Made by a program: the position numbers and the translations under genes. The notes under the pieces are model-generated. The model made no database searches. It saw nothing but the letters and a program-made list of their open reading frames with translations, and had not been told where the DNA came from. Shown here piece by piece: positions 12,209 to 20,211 of a DNA stretch of 64,000 nucleotides (position 1 is its first letter; each line of letters opens with the position of its first letter). This DNA comes from Polyangiaceae bacterium (GTDB lineage Bacteria; Myxococcota_A; Polyangia; Polyangiales; Polyangiaceae): assembly GCA_035063585.1 (NCBI GenBank), contig JAPSGB010000017.1, forward strand, positions 22,281 to 86,280, read 5' to 3'.

Positions 12209-12756
12209 TGCGCATCATCGCGGGGCGCTGGCGTGGGCGCAGCCTCCGCGCGCCGCGCGGCAGCGCCACGCGACCGACCTCGGAGCGGGTGCGCGAGGCG
12301 CTCTTCGCGGTGCTCGGCGACCTCACCGGAGCGCGGGTGCTCGATCTCTACGCGGGCAGCGGCGCGCTCGGGCTGGAGGCGCTGTCGCGTGGCGCCGTCC
12401 ACGCGACCTTCGTCGAGTCCGCGCGCGGAGCGCGCTCCGCCATCCTCGCGAACCTCGAGGCTATCGGCGCCACCTCCGAGGCGACCGTCCTCGGGGTCCC
12501 AGTCGAGCGCGTCGGCGCGGCGCTCGCAGAGCGCGGGCCGTTCGACCTCGTGCTCTGCGATCCGCCCTGGCCGGAGCTCGACCGCGCGCTCGCGGCCCTG
12601 TCTCGCCTGCTCGAGCGCGCGCCGCTCGCCACGGGCGGGCGCTTGGTGGTGGAGCACCCGGCCCTGCGTGAGGTGTCGCTCGCGGGGCTCTCCGAGCTGG
12701 ATCGGCGGCGTTGGGGGGACACCGCGGTGACCCTGTTCAGGCCTTCAGTGGGCTGA
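12208..12756 (+). CDS. rsmD: 16S rRNA m2G966 methyltransferase RsmD
   Basis: MRIIAGRWRGR, TRPTSERVREALF, LDLYAGSGALGLEALSRGA, DPPW. Confidence 0.95.
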   Translation: MRIIAGRWRGRSLRAPRGSATRPTSERVREALFAVLGDLTGARVLDLYAGSGALGLEALSRGAVHATFVESARGARSAILANLEAIGATSEATVLGVPVERVGAALAERGPFDLVLCDPPWPELDRALAALSRLLERAPLATGGRLVVEHPALREVSLAGLSELDRRRWGDTAVTLFRPSVG

Positions 12757-12918
12757 GCCGGAGCGCTCGGGCGAGACCGCGGGCAAACGGCGAGGACCGC
12801 GCGGCCAGGGCCTTGGAGGCCGCGCGCGCCCGGAGGCGTTCCCGCGGGAAATCGTCGCGCGCGGCGGGGAGGCTGGTTATAGTGCCTCGTCCAGCGTGTC
12901 GCTCGACTTGGAGCCCTG

Positions 12919-13515
12919 ATGCCAGAACCGTCCCTCCCGCCTCCGCCTCCGAAGACTGGTGGCAACTCCGGCTTCACCGCCGCCGCGATCGTGATGCTCT
13001 TGCTCATGGGCGGCCTCATTTATTGGAAGGTCAGCGGAAAGACCGAGCCGGCACCGGCACCGTCCGCGGCGCCACCCGTCGCGACGCCCGAGACGCCGGT
13101 GCTCGACGAGCCGCCGCCGCCACCGCCGCCGTCGGCGTCCGTCGAGCCGGACGCCGGCAAGGCACCGGTCAAGACGGGCGGAATTCGCCCGGCCGGGCCC
13201 GGGGTGTGCGGCGGGACGTGCGACGGCACCGCGCCCGCCGCGCTCCAGTCCGCGCTCGCCGCGAAGGCCGGTCAGGCGCGCGGCTGCTACGAGCGCGCGC
13301 TGCGCCTGAACCCCACGCTCCAGGGCCGCCTGGTGGTAGCCGTGCGAGTTGGCCCCCAAGGCCAGGTCTGCAGCGCGTCGCTCGCCTCGAACAGCCTGGG
13401 GGATCCGACGGTCGGCTCGTGCGTGGTGCAGATGTTCCGTTCCGGGAGCTTCCCGCCGGCGCAAGGGGGTTGCGTCGACACCCAAGTTCCGATGAGCTTC
13501 GTAGCGAAGCAGTGA
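12919..13515 (+). CDS. Single-TM, Pro-rich protein with TonB-like AgmX/PglI-type C-terminal domain
   Basis: CYERALRLNPTLQGRLVV...VGPQGQV...CV...FP pattern. Confidence 0.75.
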   Translation: MPEPSLPPPPPKTGGNSGFTAAAIVMLLLMGGLIYWKVSGKTEPAPAPSAAPPVATPETPVLDEPPPPPPPSASVEPDAGKAPVKTGGIRPAGPGVCGGTCDGTAPAALQSALAAKAGQARGCYERALRLNPTLQGRLVVAVRVGPQGQVCSASLASNSLGDPTVGSCVVQMFRSGSFPPAQGGCVDTQVPMSFVAKQ

Positions 13516-13523
13516 GGCGTCCC

Positions 13524-13769
13524 ATGCGTACTCTCCTCGTACTCCCGGCAGCGCTCGCTCTCGGAGCGCTCGTCTCGCTCGCGTCGTCCGCATGCAGCTC
13601 GGACGGCGCGACTCCCTCGTGCCCGGAGATCACGCCGCTCTACGACGTGCGAGATTCCGGCGGGGCCATCCCTGAGCAGAGGGCGGAGGCGATCAGCGCT
13701 GGCTGCGTGACGGCGCCGGGCACCGCCACCAACACGCCTCCTCCGGCACCGGACGCTGGCGACGACTGA
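13524..13769 (+). CDS. Small lipoprotein, hypothetical
   Basis: MRTLLVLPAALALGALVSLASSAC lipobox; 3' end of ORF 12711..13769. Confidence 0.6.
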   Translation: MRTLLVLPAALALGALVSLASSACSSDGATPSCPEITPLYDVRDSGGAIPEQRAEAISAGCVTAPGTATNTPPPAPDAGDD

Positions 13770-13800
13770 TCCGTCGTCTGGCGCGCGCTATCGCGGGGGC

Positions 13801-14580
13801 GTGCTGCTCACGCTCGCGTACGATGGCCGCCCCTTCTCCGGGTGGGCGCGGCAGTCGAACGCGCGAACGATCGCAGGCGAGCTGGAAGGCGCGCTCCGCG
13901 CCGTCGATCCGCGCGCGAGCGCGGCGCGCGGGGTGAGCCGCACCGATCGCGGCGTGCACGCCCGCCAGCAGAAGGCCGCGTTCGACACCACGCGCGACAT
14001 CGCGCCGCGCGGGTGGGCGCTCGCCCTCGGGCCACACCTGCCCGACGAGATCTCCGTCGTGGGAGCGAGCCGCGTGCCGGTCGGCTATGATCCGCGCCGC
14101 CACGCGGTCAGCAAGGCCTATCGCTACGTGCTCCTCCGGAGCGAGACGCGCGACCCGTTCCTGGCGCGTCGCGCCTGGCGGATCGAGTACAGGTTGAACC
14201 AGCCGTTGATGCAGGCCGAAGCGGCGACCCTGCTCGGCGAGCACGATTTCGCGGCGTTTCGCAGCGCCGCCGATACTCGCGCCGAGACCATCCGCCGCAT
14301 CACGCGCGCCGAGCTCCGCCCGGCCCCCGGCGATCCGCGCTGCGTCGAGCTCCTCATCGAGGGAAACCGCTTCATGCACAACATGGTGCGGATCATCGCC
14401 GGAACGCTGGTGGACGTCGGGCGCGGCCGGTTGCCGCCGGGCACCGTCACGCGCGCGCTCGAGAGCCGGCGACGCGAGGATCTCGGCGTGACCGCGCCAC
14501 CGGACGGCCTCTATCTCGACGCGATCGAGCTCGAAGCGGAGGGTGAGGACGCCTGGCCGGACGGCCCGCGCCGAGATTGA
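13801..14580 (+). CDS. truA: tRNA pseudouridine(38-40) synthase TruA
   Basis: LAYDGRPFSGW, SRTDRGVHA, GEHDFAAF, FMHNMVRIIAG, TAPPDGLYL. Confidence 0.95.
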   Translation: MLLTLAYDGRPFSGWARQSNARTIAGELEGALRAVDPRASAARGVSRTDRGVHARQQKAAFDTTRDIAPRGWALALGPHLPDEISVVGASRVPVGYDPRRHAVSKAYRYVLLRSETRDPFLARRAWRIEYRLNQPLMQAEAATLLGEHDFAAFRSAADTRAETIRRITRAELRPAPGDPRCVELLIEGNRFMHNMVRIIAGTLVDVGRGRLPPGTVTRALESRRREDLGVTAPPDGLYLDAIELEAEGEDAWPDGPRRD

Positions 14581-14729
14581 CTGGACCAGGACCGTCGCGT
14601 AGCTTCCGCCCGGCGATCGTGGGCACCGGAAATGCTCGGCAGTCGGTGTCCCGCTCCACCGGCGCGGGCCCCATGGCGAGCCACGCCGGGCGGCCACCGA
14701 GGCCAGCCGGATCGCGCCGGGAGCACGTC

Positions 14730-16268
14730 ATGAGCCTCAAGCAAACACTCGTCGATCGAAGCAAGAAGATCCTCTTGAAGCCGGCCGTCATGCGCTGGGT
14801 GTCCGATGACCGCGTGATGAAGGCAGCCGAGGGCGTGATGGACGCCCGCGCGCGCGTCCGCGCCGCGTGGCAGGTGCTCCGCGATGGTCACGAACTGCCG
14901 AACATAGATCCGGCGCTCGACGAGTACCCGGGCGAGACGACCGCGACGCCGGCCGCGACGGCAGAACCAAGAAGAAAGAACGGCAGCGCCTCGTCCGCCG
15001 AGCACGCGCGCGGCTCGGAGGACATGTCCGAGTCGTTGAAGGAGCGCTTCACGCTGTCGGCCATCGGCAGCGAGGACGTGTTCGAGAAGTGCTACAAGTT
15101 CTCGGCCGCGGACAACGCGCGCAAGATGGGGATCTATCCCTTCTTCCGTCCGCTCGATTTCAACGACGGCCCCGAGGCGGTCATCGACGGCAAGCGCGTG
15201 GTGATGTTCGGCTCGAACAACTACCTCGGCCTCACCACCCACCCGAAGGTGCGCGAGGCCGCCAAGAACGCCATCGACCGCTTCGGCACCAGCATGACCG
15301 GATCGCGTCTGGTGAACGGCTCCATGAAGCTGCACGAGGAGTTCGAGGAGAAGTTCGCGGCGTTCATGGGCAAGGAGTCGGCGCTGGTCTTCACCACCGG
15401 CTACCAGGTGAACCTGACCGTGTGCTCCGCGCTCCTCAGCAACAAGTCGTGCGTGGCGGTCATCGATCGCAACGTGCATGCGTCGCTCTACGACGGCGTG
15501 CGGCTCGGTCAGGCCGCCGGCGCCCGCATGGTGCGCTATCGGCACAACGACCCCGAAGCGCTCGATCGCGCGCTCGACAAGCTCGGCGCGGGCGAAGGGG
15601 CGCTGGTCATCACCGACGGAGTCTTCAGCGCCGAGGGCGAAATTGCCAAGCTCGACCAGCTCGTCCAGGTCGTAAAGCGGCACGGCGCGCGGCTCTTCGT
15701 CGACGACGCGCACGCCTTCGGCGTGATCGGCCCGGAGGGGCGCGGCACCGCGCACCATTTCGGCGTATCGGACCAGGTGGATCTCACCGGCGGCACCTTC
15801 TCGAAGTCGTTGGCGAGCATCGGCGGGTGGCTGGTCGGCGAGCGCAAGGTGCTCGACTACGTCCGGCATTTTGCACCGAGCTTCATGTTCGCGGCGGCGG
15901 CCGCCCCGCCCAACGTGGCGGCGGCCATGGCCGCGCTCGACGTCATGCAGGAAGAGCCCTGGCGAATCACCAAGCTCCACGAGAACTTCACCTATATGCG
16001 CGACGGGCTCCGCAAGCTCGGCTTCGAGCTCGGCCACACCGAGACCTCGGTGATCCCCATCTACGTGCGGCAAGACCTGCGAACCATCATGATGTGGCGC
16101 GATCTGCTCGAGGAGTACGGGATCTACACGAACCCGTTCATCACCCCGGGCGTCCCGCCGAAGAACCAGATGCTCCGCACCAGCTACATCGCCACTCACA
16201 CCCGTGAGCACCTCGACCGAGGCCTCGCGGCGTTCGAGGCGGTCGGCAAGAAGTATGGCGTGATCTGA
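14730..16268 (+). CDS. spt: Serine palmitoyltransferase (alpha-oxoamine synthase family) with ~100-aa N-terminal extension
   Basis: FGSNNYLGL, GSRLVNG, TTGYQVN, HASLYDG, DDAH, GTFSKS; adjacency to a CerS-like gene favours Spt over BioF/Kbl. Confidence 0.8.
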   Translation: MSLKQTLVDRSKKILLKPAVMRWVSDDRVMKAAEGVMDARARVRAAWQVLRDGHELPNIDPALDEYPGETTATPAATAEPRRKNGSASSAEHARGSEDMSESLKERFTLSAIGSEDVFEKCYKFSAADNARKMGIYPFFRPLDFNDGPEAVIDGKRVVMFGSNNYLGLTTHPKVREAAKNAIDRFGTSMTGSRLVNGSMKLHEEFEEKFAAFMGKESALVFTTGYQVNLTVCSALLSNKSCVAVIDRNVHASLYDGVRLGQAAGARMVRYRHNDPEALDRALDKLGAGEGALVITDGVFSAEGEIAKLDQLVQVVKRHGARLFVDDAHAFGVIGPEGRGTAHHFGVSDQVDLTGGTFSKSLASIGGWLVGERKVLDYVRHFAPSFMFAAAAAPPNVAAAMAALDVMQEEPWRITKLHENFTYMRDGLRKLGFELGHTETSVIPIYVRQDLRTIMMWRDLLEEYGIYTNPFITPGVPPKNQMLRTSYIATHTREHLDRGLAAFEAVGKKYGVI

Positions 16269-16295
16269 GCGAGGCGGTCCGCTAGCCTCGGCGTC

Positions 16296-17429
16296 ATGGC
16301 CATCGAGATCCGGCAGGTCCGCCTGGGCGGCAAGCTGAAGGACTTCCTCGACGTCGTCGAGCGCATCTATCGGGACGACCCGAACTACGTTCGCGCGCTC
16401 GACATGGACGTCGAGCAGCGGCTAAACCAGAAAAACCCGTTCTTCGACCACGCCGAGGGCACCATCTTCACCGCGCACCGCAACGGCTGGTGCGTGGGGC
16501 GCTGCACGGCGCAGATCGATCGCGAGCACCTCGAGCGTTACCACGACGACGCCGGCTTCTTCGGCTTCCTCGACACCATCGACGACCCCGAGGTGGCCCG
16601 CGCGCTGCTCGACGCCGCGCGGAGATGGCTCCGTGAGCGCGGGATGAAGAAGATCCGCGGCCCGATGTCGCTCAACATCAACGACGAAATCGGCTGTCTC
16701 GTCGAGGGCTTCGACACGCCGCCCGCGTTCATGATGCCGCACCACCTGCCGTACCAGGCCGGGCTCATCGAGCAGGCCGGCTTCGCCAAGCTGAAGGACG
16801 TCTACGCGTGGCGCTACACCATCGGGGACGTCCCGAAGCGCGCGCAGAAGGCGCGCGAGGACGTGGACAAGCTCCCCGAGGTCGTCTCGCGCCACGTCGA
16901 CAAGAGCCAAATCGAGCGCGACGTCCGCATCGTCATGGACGTCTTTAACGACGCCTGGAGTGACAACTGGGGGTTCGTGCCGCTCACCGAGGGCGAGCTC
17001 ACCAAGATGGCGAACGACTTGAAGCTCATCCTCCGGCCGGAGATGACCTTCATCACCAGCATCGACGGCGAGCCCGCCGCGGTCGCGCTCGCGCTGCCCA
17101 ACCTGAACGAGATGATCGGAGATCTGCACGGGAAGCTCCTCCCGCTCGGCCTCCCGAAGCTGCTCTGGCGCCTGAAGGTGCGCGGCCCGAAGAGCGCGCG
17201 GCTCATCATCCTCGGCATCCGCAAGAAGTATCGTCACATCCGCAAGTACGCCGGCCTCAGCATCTACCTCTACGCGAAGATGAACGAAGAGGCGGCGCGC
17301 CTCGGCGTGAAGTGGGGCGAGCTCAGCTGGACGCTCGAGGACAACGCCCCGGTGAACACCGGGATCCGGTTCATGGGCGGCAAGATCTACAAGAAGTACC
17401 GGCTCTTCGAGCGCGACACCGCCGATTGA
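16296..17429 (+). CDS. cerS: Bacterial ceramide synthase-like GNAT protein (YghO/bCerS family)
   Basis: IYRDDPNYV, KNPFF, GFFGFLD, IRGPMS, GCLVEGFD, FNDAWSDNWGFVP, ELSWTLEDN. Confidence 0.8.
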   Translation: MAIEIRQVRLGGKLKDFLDVVERIYRDDPNYVRALDMDVEQRLNQKNPFFDHAEGTIFTAHRNGWCVGRCTAQIDREHLERYHDDAGFFGFLDTIDDPEVARALLDAARRWLRERGMKKIRGPMSLNINDEIGCLVEGFDTPPAFMMPHHLPYQAGLIEQAGFAKLKDVYAWRYTIGDVPKRAQKAREDVDKLPEVVSRHVDKSQIERDVRIVMDVFNDAWSDNWGFVPLTEGELTKMANDLKLILRPEMTFITSIDGEPAAVALALPNLNEMIGDLHGKLLPLGLPKLLWRLKVRGPKSARLIILGIRKKYRHIRKYAGLSIYLYAKMNEEAARLGVKWGELSWTLEDNAPVNTGIRFMGGKIYKKYRLFERDTAD

Positions 17430-17484
17430 GGGTTGCCGGTCCGGCGCGGAACCGCGCGGGGCGCTCGCGCTTCGCGCGCGCGAC

Positions 17485-18300
17485 TCAGCGCCCGCGCTTG
17501 TCCGTCTTGCGGATCGCGTCGCGGTAGGTCGCCGCGACCCGCCCGGTGAGGAACCGCTGCGGGATGAAGCGCACGGCGGCGAGCTGTAGGCGATTCGAGA
17601 TCCCGGGCGCGTAGAGGTACCGCCGCGCGCGCATCGCGCCGACGCCCTCCCGCGCCGCCTGCTCGACCGGCATGAGCCAGCCGCGGAGCGGGCCGAAGCG
17701 CTCGCCCTCGGTCATCTCGGTGTCGATGCCGCCCGGGACGAACGTAGTCACCGAGACGTGCTTCGGCTCGAGCTCGTGGTGGAGGGCGCACGCGTAGTTC
17801 ACGAGGAAGGCCTTCGTGCCGGAGTAGGCCGTCTGGTAAGACACGGGCACGATGCCGGCCATGCTCGCGACGGCCATCATCCCGCCGTCGTGCCCCTGGG
17901 CTGCGAGGTACGGCCCGAAGCGGCGCATCAGCCGCGCCACGCTGCGGACGTTGACCGAGAGCATCCGCTCGAAGCCGTCCCAATCGAGCTCCTCGTACGG
18001 GCCGAAGTGGGTGATCCCGGCGTTTAGCACCGCCGCGTAGAGTTCCCGCCCACCGGTCGCCTCGTCGAACACGCGGTCGACGTCCTCGAGCTTGGCGAGG
18101 TCGGCCACGACCGGCGCGACCGCGACGCCCGTCTCGGCTTCGAGCTCGCGCTTCAGCTCCTCGAGTCGCTCGCCGCGACGCGCGACGACCACCAGGTTCG
18201 ACCGATGCTCGCGAGCGAGTACCCGCGCCATCTCGCGGCCGAGCCCGGCGGAGGCGCCGGTGACGAGCACCCAGCGTGAGCGGAGATCCATCGGCTTCAT
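17485..18300 (-). CDS. Short-chain dehydrogenase/reductase
   Basis: TGASAGLG, LNAGI, ASMAG, YSGTK catalytic motif. Confidence 0.93.
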   Translation of the reverse strand: MKPMDLRSRWVLVTGASAGLGREMARVLAREHRSNLVVVARRGERLEELKRELEAETGVAVAPVVADLAKLEDVDRVFDEATGGRELYAAVLNAGITHFGPYEELDWDGFERMLSVNVRSVARLMRRFGPYLAAQGHDGGMMAVASMAGIVPVSYQTAYSGTKAFLVNYACALHHELEPKHVSVTTFVPGGIDTEMTEGERFGPLRGWLMPVEQAAREGVGAMRARRYLYAPGISNRLQLAAVRFIPQRFLTGRVAATYRDAIRKTDKRGR

Positions 18301-18356
18301 GGCCCGGAGTAGAAGCAGAAACCGGCTCGGGCGGCCAGCGGAACCCGAGGCGCAGC

Positions 18357-18920
18357 CTACCCGCCGACGCGGTAGAATGCGGCGCCGCCCACGCGGAGCG
18401 GGGTCGGCGCGTTCTTCGGGCGGCGCCCGAGCGCCTCGACCGCCTCGAGATCATAGTAGCAGCCCGGCCCCCAGCCGACCGCCTCGGCCTCGTCGTCGGA
18501 GCGCGCCGCGGTGTCTGCATAGAGCGCACGGCGGAGCGGCTCGCTCGGCCGCGACCAACCGACGAACGCTACCCCGCCGATCTCGGCGCGCTCGCCGAGC
18601 GGCGCGTCGTCGACCCAGCGCCCACCGTGCGTCAAGACGCCCACGGTGACGAAGCCCGCCTGCGCGAAGCGCGCGCGTGCCCCCTTGAGCCAGCCCATCG
18701 GATCGGTCGCCTGATCGCCCTCGGCCAGCTCGAAGTAGAAGGCGTGGCCGAGCTCGAGCGCGCGCGCGCCCGCGCCGAGCGGGAGTTCTTCCAGGCACGC
18801 GAGCCCCGCTCGATGAAACGCCGCCCAGCGCTCGGCGAACTCGCTCGGCTCGAGCGCATACTCTTCATCTTCCGCGTCGTACCAGGAGATGAGAAACCCG
18901 AAGGCGTTCTCGTCGATCAT
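18357..18920 (-). CDS. Hypothetical protein, possibly a degenerate nucleotide-cyclase-like fold
   Basis: Host-like codon bias from MIDENAFG; fold is a guess from the pattern only. Confidence 0.6.
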   Translation of the reverse strand: MIDENAFGFLISWYDAEDEEYALEPSEFAERWAAFHRAGLACLEELPLGAGARALELGHAFYFELAEGDQATDPMGWLKGARARFAQAGFVTVGVLTHGGRWVDDAPLGERAEIGGVAFVGWSRPSEPLRRALYADTAARSDDEAEAVGWGPGCYYDLEAVEALGRRPKNAPTPLRVGGAAFYRVGG

Positions 18921-19020
18921 GTCGGTGCGGCGCGGTATACCAGGGGGCGCGCGGCGAGGTGAACCGAGAGGCGGCGACCTCTTCGGCTCGTCCGCCCGCA
19001 CCGGGCTCGGCCAGCTCGCA

Positions 19021-19170
19021 GGAGGCCAGAGCGTCCGCAGTGGCGACCGCGGCCGCGGCGGTGGAGGTCCTGGGGACGGCGGGGAGAAGTGGTGGAAGGC
19101 GGCGTGCTCCGCGAGCTCGACCTGGACGAGGAGCGAGACCGGGTCGTTTGGGAGCTCGAGCTGGCCGGAA
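19021..19170 (+). pseudogene. Possible frameshifted PepSY-domain remnant
   Basis: AVATAAAAVEVLGTAG in one frame, then EVVEGGVLRELDLDEERDRVVWELEL in another. Confidence 0.35.
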
Positions 19171-19229
19171 CCGGCGGCGCGCCGCCCGACGGAACCCGCG
19201 CGGCGCCCGAGGCGCTAAGCTACGTCCCC

Positions 19230-19964
19230 ATGAAGGCCTTGGTCGTCGACGTCTGGTCCGACATCGCGTGCCCGTGGTGCTACATGGGCAAGCGCCGGCT
19301 CGAGCGCGCGCTCGAGCGCTTCGAGCACGCGAGCGCGGTGAGCGTCGTGTGGCATGCGTTCGAGCTCGACCCGACCGCGCCACGCGAGCTCCCGCCGACC
19401 GAGACTTACGCGGAGCGCCTCGCCAAGAAATACCGCACCTCGCTCCCGAGGTCGCAGGAGATGCTCCGGCAAATGACCGAGACGGCCGCGAGAGACGGCC
19501 TCGAGCTCCGCTTCGACCGGGTGCGCGCAGGTAACACCTTCGACGCCCATCGCGTGCTCCATTTCGCGCTCGAGAGCGGCCGGCAGGACGCGCTGAAGGA
19601 GCGCTTCTTCCGCGCCTATTTCACCGACGGCCAGCCCATCGGCGACCGCGACACGCTCGCGCGGCTAGCCGGAGAGGTCGGGCTCGAGCCCGGCGCGGTG
19701 CGCGCCATGCTCGCGAGCGAACGCCTCGTGGAGGCTGTCCGCGAGGACGAGCGCGAGGCCGCTGAGAACGAGATCCGCGGTGTCCCGTTCTTCGTGCTCG
19801 GGCGGCGCTACGCGATCTCGGGCGCGCAGTCCTCCGAGGTCCTGCTCGGCGCGCTCGAGCGCGCCTTCCGCGAGCTTCCCGGGCGCTCAGCCGTCACGGC
19901 CGAGGCGGACGCCGAGCTCTGCGGCGCAGACGGCTGCGTGGTCCCGCCGCGACCGGCGGAGTGA
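19230..19964 (+). CDS. DsbA-family (FrnE-like) oxidoreductase
   Basis: VDVWSDIACPWCYMGKRRL, NTFDAHR, GVPFF, SGAQ; start at ATG 19230. Confidence 0.92.
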   Translation: MKALVVDVWSDIACPWCYMGKRRLERALERFEHASAVSVVWHAFELDPTAPRELPPTETYAERLAKKYRTSLPRSQEMLRQMTETAARDGLELRFDRVRAGNTFDAHRVLHFALESGRQDALKERFFRAYFTDGQPIGDRDTLARLAGEVGLEPGAVRAMLASERLVEAVREDEREAAENEIRGVPFFVLGRRYAISGAQSSEVLLGALERAFRELPGRSAVTAEADAELCGADGCVVPPRPAE

Positions 19965-20211
19965 GCCGCGACGGTCGCGCCGGGAGCGCCCGCGCCCGGT
20001 AGCGGGCGGGCCGGAGCGCGCGTCCCTGAGCAGGTCTTCCCGCGGCGCCGCGGATTGCGCGTCGCGTCATTTCGTGATTTGCTGCGGGGGTTCGAGCGAG
20101 GTTTCCGGGCGGTCACACGATCGTGCGCCGCACTCGGTGTTCCCCGAGGCACGACCGGGACCCCCGTTGCTTCGGCGCCAAGCGCCGTGACCCGGTCACC
20201 GAGGACATGAC

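Noticed and set aside
19965..20211. Long gltB leader as a possible glutamine riboswitch
   Set aside because: GC hairpins are present but I could not match a known aptamer consensus; needs an Rfam scan
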